Positions 52,086 to 64,000 of a stretch of 64,000 bases of DNA are shown here, piece after piece (positions within the stretch are counted from its first letter, which is position 1; each line of letters begins with the position of its first letter). The translations under genes were made by a program, and so were the position numbers. The notes under the pieces are model-generated. The model did no database searches. It was given only the letters and a program-made list of their open reading frames with translations, and was not told where the DNA came from. The stretch is from Camelus dromedarius (taxonomy: Eukaryota): assembly GCF_036321535.1 (NCBI RefSeq), contig NC_087436.1, forward strand, positions 100,442,001-100,506,000, given 5' to 3'.

Positions 52086-53727
52086 CATAATTCAAATGAA
52101 TGGCAGGTACATTTGTTCTATAAAAATTGCCCAATAGCAGTGCAAACATACTACACAGAAATCTGTCTACTCTGTTGTTTTGGTTTGGTTTGGTTTGGTT
52201 TTCTTTTTTCTTTTTTTTTTTTTTTTCAGGACTCACTTGTATTGGAACAGAAACCTACAGTTATTTTTTCCATCATCTCGTCCACAAGCCCGACCAAAAT
52301 GAAGCCATCATAGTCAATCACTCCAGTGGCCAAAGAAATGACTGAATATTGATGCTGTCTTTGTCAATGGTACATTCCACACAATTTGTATCTTCTTGAC
52401 ACAATTCTAGCCCAATGGTGATGTACTTCCAGTTTTTGGAATAAGCAGCTAGGACTTTCTCCCTTACTTTGGAAAAATTCTGAGTCTAAAGAGAAAAAAT
52501 GGGCTTTGATTTAGCTTATAATGTAAAGAAAGTAAATTTAACTCTAAATCAGGTATGTAGACACCTTCTCCACCCGTCCTCTCTAGATATACACATGTAT
52601 CCAGACATTTATCATGGTGGTTGCAACTTGGCCCCTTGTGTAATGCAACAAGGATTTCTTTGTTTGCTAACTTGTCTACTTTGTTAATTTGTGATTAATG
52701 AATTCCAAAGCATATCAACTGAAAAAGGTTAATCTGGGCTTTAAGATTATTTTAATGTAGTTCCTCTTTTAGTGATTCCTATAAGAAAACTGAACTGACA
52801 CCAGGTTCAAAAGAACGTAATGAGCATATTAAAATGTCTCTCTGATGAACTATGAGCATTCACCAATTAATCCTCAAAATGTTTCCAATTAGTTAATTTT
52901 CCAGCAGTTGAAAAGTAGAGAACTACATAGAGAGCACATTCCCAGTTTGATGTGTGTGTGTTTTATCCATATGTTGTGAAAATAAATTACTCTGTATTGA
53001 ACTATTAATCTCTATTGTTCATAAGTTTTTCAGTGTAATCATATTCTTTTCATTAGAGTTTAAAAAGTTAAAACTGGAAATATAATGTGAAAAAGACTTG
53101 GTGTTTCATGTTTTTCAATTTCAAGGAATACAGAGACATGACTCGTTCAAAATCGTCAAAAGGCACAACATGAAAAAAAAGCTATAATCAGTTAACTTTA
53201 GTACATATCCTTTTCTATTTAACTTTTTTTTCATTTTTGAAAGTTATATCAGTATATTTTACTATTTGTCAAAAAAATAGATATGCTACTCATTATATGG
53301 AGTGCTTAAAAATAGCATTTGAATGAATTTCTTTCTGGAGAAGTTGATCTCATTTTAAATTAAAAAGGGTAATTTTTGCTTTGCTGTATCTTCTGTGTGT
53401 AGCACATTTTGCAGGTACTTATTACTGAATATATTTTTAAGTTTAATTTAAAGTTAAAAATAATAGTACAACCAGTGACAAAATTTTAAAAGAATGTAAT
53501 AGTAAAATACACGGGTGGATTGAGCATAAAAAGAAAATGAACTTGAAGTAAGATTATTTATTTACAAGAATTTTCTCTTTCTAACTAGATTCATGACTAT
53601 GCTACGTATTGCCAGGTTGTGGTTTTTGTTTTATTTCTTTTTTAACCAATCACGTTATTTCTTTCTAGGAATAATGCTCCCAATTAACATAATCTGCCAC
53701 TGGATACATAGGGACCATAGCAATGTA

Positions 53728-53965
53728 AACAACAACAATTAAGACATTTATTTAGTACTGATTCTCTCCCAAGTGCTCATTATCTCATTTAAACATAATT
53801 ACAAGCCAATGAGCTAGGTCTTGTTATTAAATTCATTTTATATATAAAGAAAATGAGGCTCAGAAGATCCCCAAATTTATCGAGGCCACACAGCTAATAA
53901 GGAGAAGGAACCAGGATTTCAGGTTAGGGTTATCTGATTAGAGCTTGTGTACTTGGCCATTCACT
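53728..53965 (-). mobile_element. MIR SINE
   Basis: cattatctcatttaa...aagaaaatgaggctcaga...gaggccacacagctaataag. Confidence 0.8.
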
Positions 53966-54874
53966 GTCTGAAAGTCCAATTTTCCTTAGTGCTAATTAAC
54001 TGTGAGTAGATACCAGCACATTATTCTTTCAATTATACCTTTTGTTATCAACATTAGGTTTCTTTATCTGACTTACTTACAGAAAATTAAATATTAAAAT
54101 ATTAAATAAAATTAACAAAATATTTTGTCATACACTACAATGTGGAGCAAAATCTAAAGAGATACAAATAGTAATTACAGCCTATGCATGCAAACCCTCA
54201 TCAGTAAATGTTCTAATGGTTCCATGACTATCTTTCGTGTGATCAGATCTCACTTCTCCCAAACGCTATGGTTTTAGGGTCTTACTGGGAATCTGTGAAG
54301 TTCTTAAACAATGACTATTTTTACTTTAAATTTTAAGACCAGAAGTTTGTCTTTACCATAGCTATGCTTAAGTCAGTAAGAATAGCTGTATCAATAAAGT
54401 AAACAGGTTTTCTGCCTTTTCTGCCTAATTGATACATTTGTAAGTATATTTTCTTTCCTTAGAGGAAACTCGAGTAGATGTGGTGGCATGTTGGTTAGAC
54501 AGACTCTTAAATCCCAATAGAGTATTTTAGAAAAACATCAGTTGCTTTAGCACTTAACAGTTTGATCATCCTAATCTCTTTCAATTAGATAACTAAATCT
54601 TAAATATATGTTGATTCTTTTTCATTAAATAATTGTCAGTCCTTAGTTTCTTAGCCTTCTTTTTGTTTTTTTTTCTTAGCCTTCTTTTTGACACTAATGA
54701 TCTAAAAAGTTGTATAGTAAAAAGACTGATTCAAAGTAATGTGTAATAAATCATATCTTCTTTATTTCAGAAGCTATAAAATAGAAGTATCCACAACCAT
54801 TGTTAATAAGGATAAAAATGTGTGCGAAAATATTTTTTATATATTGATCCCATTTATAAATGTACTAGATAAGA

Positions 54875-55060
54875 GAGGTTTGGTGAACTTTCTCTGGTAT
54901 GTGACAGATAGTAAACATTTGAGACTTTGCAGAGCAGATGGTCTCTGTCTCCACTACCCACCTCTCCCATTGGATTATGACCACAGTCACAGACAGGACA
55001 TAAATGAATGTGGCTGTGTTCCAATAAAATTGTATTTTAAGGAATAGGTGGTGGGCCCTG
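54875..55060 (-). mobile_element. MER58A DNA transposon
   Basis: cagatagtaaacatttgagactttgc...aaatgaatgtggctgtgttccaataaaattgtattt is the reverse of MER58A. Confidence 0.85.
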
Positions 55061-56284
55061 AAATATATTTTATACAGCAATTTTAACATTTTAAACATCA
55101 GTCAATAGTCAATAGTTTGCTATATAACATGAGCATATAAGAAAGTCTATAGAGAGTTCTAGCCATCAGAAGGGCAAAAATTAAACATTTATCCACACAT
55201 GTACAAACCAATACCGTTCATAATTGTATTGCAAATGATGTGATGTAGATACTTTAGTGGTCAAGAGGGGAGAATGAGCAGTGGGGATTTAGGTAGCGAA
55301 GAGGGTCAACCAGGACAAAAAACTTTATTCAGGTATTGCGCAAAGGTCACAACTGGCCTCTACATAACTTTTATGCACTTTTTTAGAACCAGTGTTTCCT
55401 TATATTTGCTTCTCTCTACAGCCCAGCTGACCTACTTACCGTTTCCACAACCTTCTTTGCCCCTTTGCCTTTGACTTTCTTTCCCAGACTAGGGTTCATC
55501 TCTGTGCATTGACATTATATCCATTTTCAATTTCAGTATCCAAACTGTACACCCTGCAGAAGTCACTTTCTGATTCTTTCAAAGTATTTCTCACTGCTGA
55601 ATCTCCAGGCCATTTTGTACCACTCACATTCTATATATTAATATCACTTTGTGCTTCTCTCTCCTCCATGCTACTCTTTGAATTGCTTGAGGGTCTTAGC
55701 TATTTGTATGGTTTGATGTTGTGTAGCCACCAGACCAAAAACAGAGACACAGAATAGTTTATCTATTGAATTGAATTAAATGCCTTCAGTATTAATTGAA
55801 ACAAAGGAGTAAGTTCTTATGCCCAGGGAATCATTAAGTGTTTGAAATATGGAGCTACCAAGAGGTGAACAGCCTATGGCTTACTGCTGTATCTAATCTT
55901 TCAAATGACCAGTTTTAAGTGGTCTTTCCATCTTAACTGGACCATTGTCATGCTGGTAGTATCCATCTTAACCAACATCTTTAAGCATTTTTGTTTTCGT
56001 CAATGATGTCAACTGTTAATTCTGTTGAAAATATCCCTATTTAGTTATGAGCAAGGTTTTCTGAACCACCTAAATGTAAAAATACCTCCTACTCTATTGG
56101 AGCACTGATATTTATCTCCACAGGAACCTTTTAACTTATCATCTAACTGCAAACGTTCTATGAATTTGGTGACTGTTATTTTCTAGCACTTTACTAGTTA
56201 ATACTTTTTTGGATTAGACAACTTTTTGTAGTTTCAGACAAATGTTTGCATGTGGTATCTATGTTGCCCATAATTCACTGATAT

Positions 56285-56822
56285 TTTTATTCTTTTTTAT
56301 TTTTTTAATAGACTTTATTCTTTTAGAGCAGTTTCAGGTTCACAGCAGAACTGAGCAGAAAATACAGAGTTCACACACAGCCCTCCCCACCCACACATAT
56401 ATACTCCCCTACTCTCAACATCCCTCATCAGTGTGGCATATTTGGTACAACAATGAACCAACATGGGCACATTATTATCAACCAAATTCCATAATTTACA
56501 TTAGGGTTCACTCTTGATGTTGTACATTCTATGGGTTTTGACAAATGCATAATGACATGTAGCCACCACTATAGTATCATACAGAATATTTTCATTGCCC
56601 TAAAAATCCCTTGCACTCCATCTATTCATACCTCCCTCTCTCCCTTTCCCCAAACTCCTGGAAACCATGATCTTTTTTATTATTTCTGTAGCTGTGCCTT
56701 TTCCAGAATGTCATTTGGTTGGAATCATACAGTCTGTAGCCTCTTCAGACTGGCTTCTTTCATTTAGTCTTTTAAGTTTCTTCCATGTCTTTCATGGCTT
56801 GATAGATCTTTTTTTTTAGTGC
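56285..56822 (-). mobile_element. L1MC-type 3' end
   Basis: tagactttattcttttagagcagtttcaggttcacagcagaactgagcag...tacattagggttcactcttgatgttgtacattctatgggttttgacaaatg. Confidence 0.9.
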
Positions 56823-56992
56823 ATGTATATTTTTTAATTTACATATATGTACTGTTCATTGTTTCTAAGAACATTTAGAACTTTAGCATCTTAAACTTAC
56901 AAAGGAATAAAGCCAACCACAAAAAGAGTTAATTCAAAAAGATACACTGATATTTTTAAAATCCTATATATGATCTTTGCATTTATGAGCAT

Positions 56993-59116
56993 CACAGAAT
57001 ACATATTAGTGCTGCTCATAATTTTCTTTTAGTTTTTCCCTCTCTCTTGCCTCAGAATAAGAATTCACTTCCTGCCTGATCTGAGGGTGGGGAAAGACTT
57101 ATGACTAGCTCTAGCCAAAGATTTGTTAGCAAAAATGAGAACTTCTGGGCAGAACACTTAAGTATCAGGGTGAGAGCCTTCAGAGCTCCATTTTGACTCT
57201 GGCCTGGTCACAGGAAATAATTCAAAGGGTCTGCTCTTCTGTCAGCCATGGTCTCAGAGTGACATGAGTAGCAGAATTCTTGACCTATGATGAACAAGTA
57301 AAATGAGCAAATTAAAATATTTGTTGCTTGAGCCACAAGATTTGAGGATTGATTGCTGCCATGGCATAACCTAGTCTATCCCACATGACACAGAAATCAA
57401 AACCAGGAAAGAGATATTGCTGAAGAAAACAAACAAACCTAAACACACGAGTGTCTTAAGGATGGATCATCTGAAGATAAGGAAACTGAAAAATGGAAAT
57501 CTGTGTAACATAGTGGCAGAACATTTGGTTAATTGACCACCTGAGATAGTCTGAAATTCAGAATATATATAAAGATGTTGTCATGTGCAGAAAAAACACT
57601 GGACATTAGAATGATAGCAGCCAATGTTGGATGCCATTAGCTGCATTTGACAAGATATTGCAATTAATAATTGACCTCAGTGAATAATTAGGCCATTTGA
57701 AAGCAGGGAAGAAAAGATATACAAAGATATTTCAGATATAGAGAAAAATTTAAGCTGGAAGTGGCTACAGCTTCTTGACCCCAAGGATATGAATATTAAA
57801 ATGAAAACATAAACAAAAATGTCAGTTAAAATGTACCTTGCAGAAAGATCACATCAGTTGGAGACCCATTACACTGATTGTTAAAAACCTCTGAAAGAAT
57901 CGATATCGTTCCCTCAAAATTCCTTTTGTTAACAGAATTGTTTAGGAAACTATTTAATGGTATAACATACCCACTCAAGCTGGTACCCACTCAAGCTGGT
58001 AAACTCAAGTTATTTGGGGTTAAGTCAAAAGAAAGAAGTGTGTCTCAAACAGAACTGGGGTTGCAGTCATTGGCACGTGGAACTGATTGGACTCCAATTG
58101 TTAAGGCAAGTTATTGAAAGAGTTGTAGTCCCAAAATAACCATAACCTAGACTAATTATGACTGTCCAAAGCTTAAAATGACCTTTCTCTGGAAAGAAAT
58201 CAGGCTGAGAACGCTACTCAGCCCCCAGCAGGATATATTCCTCCAGTTTGAACTTGTGGCCAAGAATCATGACAAACCGTAAAATCTCTAAAAGAGGTGC
58301 AGAAAGCCACAGAGAGCAATAGACTGAGGAACTCATCCCACAAAGTAGAGTCGGGGAATGTGCAAAAATATTCCTCACCACTAGGGTGGGGATACCTCAA
58401 AAAGTTAGCCCATCAATCATTTCAGAATTGCTGTAGCTGTGCTGTGTCTCACACTTTCCTTTTTCTATGTAAGAGAATTGGCTGCAGTTTTCCAGTATTT
58501 GTTAGACATCACATATTGGGCTGTGGGGTTCAGATAACATGTATTTATCTGGATCAAGGTGAGTCATTTCTGATTTTAAGATAAAGAATTTGGCACATCA
58601 CTTGCATACACAGATCAACATGCGTCATCCAAAGATTCTCAACTTTTGGGTTAATATTGAGGTTTGTGAATGCTTACGAGTTTATTCTGAGAAGCGAGTA
58701 AATATATATTCTATGCAGAATGGAGAGCGAATTGGCTATTTGATGTTCAGAAATCTGTGTTGTGGTGGTTATAAGTGCTGTTCAGCAAATGCTTCTGGTT
58801 CTTTCTCTTTTAAGAACTTAGTAGGATGCACTTATTTTTAACCCACTTCTAGGTGGATATAGTCAAGTAACTGGATATGGCTTTTGAGTCATAAGCAGAA
58901 GTACTGAGGTGCAACCTCCTTTGACTCTGGACTAGTGACCAGTAAAATTTGAGATGGTGCCCATAAATTATAGATGACTATGGGGAGCAGAGTGGTCGAG
59001 TGAGCTTAAATGGGGGTGACTGACAGCAAGAAACAAAACTTCATGGTTTTCAAGTCACTGAGATTTTTGGAGGGTATTTGTTATTACAGAGGAATTCAGT
59101 CTATGCTGACTGACCT
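56993..59116 (+). mobile_element. Full-structure MaLR provirus (MLT1I/J-like): 5' LTR ~56993-57392, internal ~57393-58760, 3' LTR ~58761-59116
   Basis: Two same-orientation LTRs share blocks (agtgctgYtca; tttgactctggMctRgtSac; agccacaagatttgagg / agtcactgagatttttggagg; agtctatSc) around ~1.4 kb of MLT-int-like sequence. Confidence 0.8.
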
Positions 59117-61479
59117 TTTCCAAATCAATCGAATAAGCTGTTTCTTTCATAAACATGTATACTTTTCTAGAAAAAAACTAAAAATAGATTCTAACCATAA
59201 TGACAAAGTATTTTAAGGACTTGGTATTAAGAAAGAGAAAGCATGTTTTTATCAAGCTAATACAAAACTCTCTGTAATATAAAATATCAATAATAGCACA
59301 TATAAATTTAATTTAAATATATTTGTTATTAATGTCTTATATTTCAGTACCACATCAGTATAGGCCATAAATAATGACACACAAAGAACAGAGCTGTAAC
59401 ACTGAACTTAAAAAGGAAGTTGGGGCACTTTAAGAATGAGGTGTATGATTGTTTCCACTCTGCTTGAATTTTTGAAACTACCTTATTAGTCTGAATATTG
59501 AACCAGACTAATAAGGTAGAACCAGAATTTTTTTAAAAAAAAAAATACACATCTGAAGCATCATTGCTGTTTTTCCCAATGCCAGGCTGACAAAGAATGC
59601 AATCTCTGAAAGGCTGTTATTTAGCGATTTCACTTTGAAAATGAGGAATATGTAAACTGCCCAATATTTCTCGTGTCTCAATAGAGCTAAAAGCTCTGCT
59701 GTTAATAGTGCTGATTGTCAAAAGGAAACCTTCTTACCAAGATAAATTCTTCAGCATTGAAATTTCCCTAAAGATAATTGAATCAAGGCCTTCAAATTCA
59801 GAGATCTTTTACAACAGCAATTTTTGTTCCTGGTTTTTACTTTTTCCACTATTTTCCTATAAATAAGATAATAAAGGTAGAAATTTGAAAACATTTTATA
59901 CCTATTTAATTAGATGTGTGGCTCCAAAATCAATCTAGAAAGTATCTTAAGGAAAATTGGTGAAAGACAAACCTACAGATGTTCTGCAAAAAAAACAAAA
60001 CAAAACCTTAGCAAATTAGTTATGTACATAAAGGGAGTCATGAGGACAATAAGACATTGACTGGATGCATTCTGCTGTGTATATACGTACTGCTATAAAG
60101 CCATCATTAAATTGTCTTAAATACATATTTTTTTCTCTTTAACCTTTTTTTCCTCTCTTTCTCCTTTAGTCCAATTAAAGTTGTAAAAGTGATGTTTTTA
60201 TCTCTTAATAATAAAACACCTCATCTATCTCAGAATTAACCTTCTTGACCCCTCTGGGATGGCACTCTGCTGTACCTCTAGAATTTAGATGAAGTTCCAG
60301 AATGCTAAAAATTTTCTGAACCTAAAGTGTGAGCCCTACTTATAGTGGAAAAAACAGAGACATGTAAATAAGATCAGTTCATCAGTGACTGATTTCCCTG
60401 CTGATCTGCTACTTTTCTGGCCACCATAAGTAGTGTCAGCAACCCAGTAATAAAGGGGGAAAAAAAAAAGAGGGAGAGAGAAAAAAACTGGAGAATCTTT
60501 CTGGTCTGGTCTGGTCTGCATCCACAGTTCTGTTCCATCACAAGTGCTGCGCCCACCTTGACCACTCCAGGTGGTCCCCAGCTAAATCCTTATTTTTCTC
60601 AGCAGTTCTACTTTTTATCCTGAATTCTAATCTACATGGGCTGTTTTACTTTCAAAAACTGACCTGTTAGTGTGATCTTGGCACATTATGCAAAGTCTGA
60701 GTTGGGAACATTTTTTCAGTGAAATTACTCTATATTCTTTCTTTTTTCCTATTTCCATACTGAAAAAAACCCCCCAAAACTCTATATATTAAAAATCACA
60801 TATATTAGGTTCTTGAATGGGTTTCTCAGTTTTCCCTTGCCTGCACCTCACTTTTCTTAGTGTAAAAAAAAAATAAACATGAGTCCAACAAGTTCACATT
60901 TTTATAAAGATTTTTTTCCAATCTTCCATATTTTGTAACCACTCAGGTTTGGAAAATAAAAACTCTTATTGAAGCATATAAATTTATAGCAGTAACTTTA
61001 TTTCCAAAATTATAGCTGACTATAACCAGTTTATGCTGAGACAGTTAAAAATGTTGGATTATTAAACATTTAAGAATTTTTTTCATTTTATCAGTGGCCA
61101 AGAAATTGAAATCTTAAGGTCCAAATCTAAGTGAACTCACAGAGATAAGTAAACCATAAAACCAGCTTTCACCTTGAGGCTATCTTCCCAATTGTTATCT
61201 GTAGCTTTAGTTTTTACTTCCTATTGGGAGAAAAGACACAAGTGGGAAAACCTAGGTTTCTCCTGAGCTAGAACCCCCTAACGTTTATTATTGGCCTAAG
61301 AGTGAAACTGAAAGAAACTCAGTACTCACCGACTCCCATATCTCTGCACCTGCTGGTGAGAAGGGGACATGGGCCTGTCTCAGACACTTGTGCTCGTGGT
61401 AGAGGGGAAAACATTAATAAATGGGAAATAATCTCCTTCTGAGATGTCACAACCATAAGCCAAGTTTGAAATCAAATTC

Positions 61480-62960
61480 ACACTGGATAGATAATGTGGA
61501 AGAGAAGAAATAATGCAACATATAGTTTAAAATTGTCCTGGGTGATCAGTGTCCCCAATCTTATAAGTAAGAAATATAAATCATCTTGAGAAATAGAAAA
61601 AAACTCTTCACAATCAGGTCAAAAATAATTCTCACTAGTAAAATTCCAGTGAATACGAGCTCACAACACAGGAAAAGACTATCAACCTAGAATTTTGTAG
61701 CTAGTAAAAATAAAACAATAGAAAACCACAAAACTTTCAATATGAGGGAAAAAATGAGAGTAACATAGACATTTTCAGATGGATAAACTCAAGAGTTACC
61801 AAAAACAGATTTTATCCACAGGAAATTTTATAGTGTAGAATTTTTAGGCAAATATAATGTAATAATTAAGAATAATTATTCCAAATATGAATGATTTAGG
61901 TAAAATTACACTAATTTCAGTGGAAGGCATTAAAAGATGAATAAGGATAAAAGTATGCATATGGACGATCCAACTAGTTGTATAATATAATGATAATGTC
62001 TTGAGAGTTTATAAAACAATAGAAATAATTAATAACAATATAATTTTATAAATTGGAGGGTGATTAAGTTGTTCCATCATTCCTGAAATATGTGGAGGAA
62101 GGATAGAGTTTTATATATTAAATTGTCAGGTTAAAATTACTAGAATAATCATTAAAAGAAAAGGAGAAAAAGGAGAAAAATGGAATAAGAGGAAAAATTT
62201 TTAATCAATCAAGCACTACCATCTGCCCAAAAAAAGACAAGGAAGGGAAAAACAAAAGAGAAGAGGAGAGTCAAGTGATGAATGATGTCAAATAATAATC
62301 CAGAATGGGCACTATTTTGCAAACACCAGATTGACAAAAAATTTAAACTACAATAATAATATGCTATAGAGGATATAAAGCAATGCGATAACTTACTAAT
62401 CCCATACACTGTGAGTATCAATTAGGGTAACCACTTTGGGGAATAATTTAGCATTATCTTATAAAACGAAATATATAAATAACTTTTACATAAGCAAGTT
62501 ACACCTACATTTATACTTAGAGTAGCTCCTATGTGTATGCACCCCCAATATGTATAAAAATATCCAATCTCACTGTTTGGGTGGAAACAACCTGGAAATC
62601 ACCATCATGAGTATAGTGGATAAATAAAGAATGACATCGTTAATCAGTAGAATTCTACACATATGTAAAAATGAATTAATGCTGCATTCAACTACATGGA
62701 TGAACATTAGAAACAGCATTGAGAGAAAAAGGCAAATGATTTCATTTCTACAAAGTTCTCCAAAATTAGGTAGACTTTCTACTGATACAGACCTAAGTAG
62801 TAAAACTCTAAAAAATAAATTAAAATGATAAGCTCAAAATTCAGTGAATGGTTAAGAAAGAATGAGATATGTATATAAGGTGATTTTAATGTTACTATTT
62901 CCTCTTCTGTAAATGGATTATTATATTTTCTTTAATGTTTAGTCCTACTTTATTAATATT
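61480..62960 (+). mobile_element. Ancient L1 (L1ME-type) fragments
   Basis: caacctagaattttgtagctagtaaaa (ORF1 end-like); caaccactttggggaataatttagcattatc, aaaatgaattaatgctgcattcaactacatggatgaac (3' end-like). Confidence 0.7.
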
Positions 62961-64000
62961 TTTGTATCTAATATTGAAGAAAAGTAAAAATTCACGTATA
63001 AAACAGAAGTTAGATGTGAGGTTGATGATCTTGGGGAAAAGTTGTCTCTACTAGAAGAATCTGGGCCGCTGTTTATCCAACTTCCCCCCAGAACACTGTA
63101 AACATTTTAATATTAATCCAATCCTTTAGCCTGTGGCTTACCAGTGTTCCTTTCTCTTTTTGGTCATTATGTCTTTTATCCACTTAATTACCTACGTGTA
63201 TATACTGATAGTGACAAATGTTCTAAGAACTCCAAGGGACATATTGGAATTTTAGTTTTTAAAATATATTGACAAAAAAATGATAATTTTTTCCACATAC
63301 GATGCCAAAAGTGTAGTCACATCATAATTTTTGTGTGGTTTTTTCTTCACATTGATTGTTGATGTCTAGATTTTCTCTATAAAGTTTTGATCTGGTTCTG
63401 GTTATGGAATTAAAACCCAAAATGATCTACTGACTCTTAGTTTATTTGCAGAAGCATTTTTCTCACCTTATAAATTTTGAGTTGGAGGATCAAAACTCCA
63501 CATGTGCTAAAATGTGCTCTAAACCTTAAAGTGCTCTGCATTTAGTGATTTTCTCTCTCTTTTTTTTTTAATGTAAGCTGTGGCTTTTCAATACATCCCA
63601 CATCTTTCAACTTTTATCTTGAAAAATGAAAGATTAGCATTTTATACTGTATCATCCAGTGGGTAGCTATTTTCATTTCTCTTTATTCTCTCTGACAGGC
63701 AAGAAACTATGTAAGGATTTCACAATAGACCTTTTAGTTTCTATGCTATCATTTTGGGCATGTAAATAATTTGAAAGAAGACTACAGCACATCCAAACTG
63801 TACCCTTAGGTCAGTGTGGAGCACGTATAAAATGGTTAATATCTGAATGTAGATATTTTTAAAGCCAGACACACTTTTTTGTGGGTTGACCTTTAGTCTA
63901 AACTAAAGGTTAGTTAAAAATAAAACATTCAAATAGAATATTATCTATACACTCCGGATGTCAATGTTTTGTTGGCAGAGTTATTCCTCTTCATGTCCTG

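Larger units (their letters stand above)
46445..52485 (-). ncRNA. Candidate spliced minus-strand transcript (lncRNA, multi-exon 5' UTR or decayed gene)
   Basis: Exon-like segments with polypyrimidine-AG acceptors and GT(G/A)AG-type donors: 52485-52237, 51313-51231, 50880-50844, 49771-49597, 48173-48143, 46503-46445. Confidence 0.35.

Noticed and set aside
52230..52369. Plus-strand acceptor after a long T tract (ttttcag|gactcac)
   Set aside because: Stops in all three frames and only a weak donor; the T tract adjoins a (TTTGG)n microsatellite and the site is equally explained as a minus-strand donor
1..64000. CRISPR arrays, prokaryotic operons, non-retroviral endogenous viral genes, miRNA or snoRNA genes
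   Set aside because: No regularly spaced repeats, long ORFs or recognisable mature small-RNA sequences seen by eye; an Rfam/Infernal scan and tBLASTx against viral proteins would be needed to exclude them formally

Overview
AT-rich mammalian genomic DNA, most likely camelid (alpaca/llama/camel). The assignment rests on one tRNA-Ala-derived SINE of Vic-1 type at 10930-11077 and artiodactyl-type L1 3' ends. I recognise no protein-coding gene. The ORF track is mostly chance ORFs plus L1 ORF2 relics. Much of the window is interspersed repeat: L1 and L2 fragments, MIRs, MER58A/MER5A DNA transposons, several solo LTRs and one apparently complete LTR-internal-LTR MaLR provirus (~57.0-59.1 kb). The unexplained signal lies in two repeat-poor zones. 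(i) ~16-19 kb has retained CpGs, CCAAT/TATA motifs, a + strand exon-intron-exon pattern and a 44-codon ORF with a hydrophobic tail. (ii) ~46-52.5 kb has six minus-strand exon-like segments around a small CpG-rich patch containing GCCGCCATG, which could be a spliced lncRNA, a multi-exon 5' UTR or a decayed gene. Repeat names come from recalled consensus sequences and boundaries are approximate. The exon and regulatory calls are hypotheses. I found no well-supported novel biological system.
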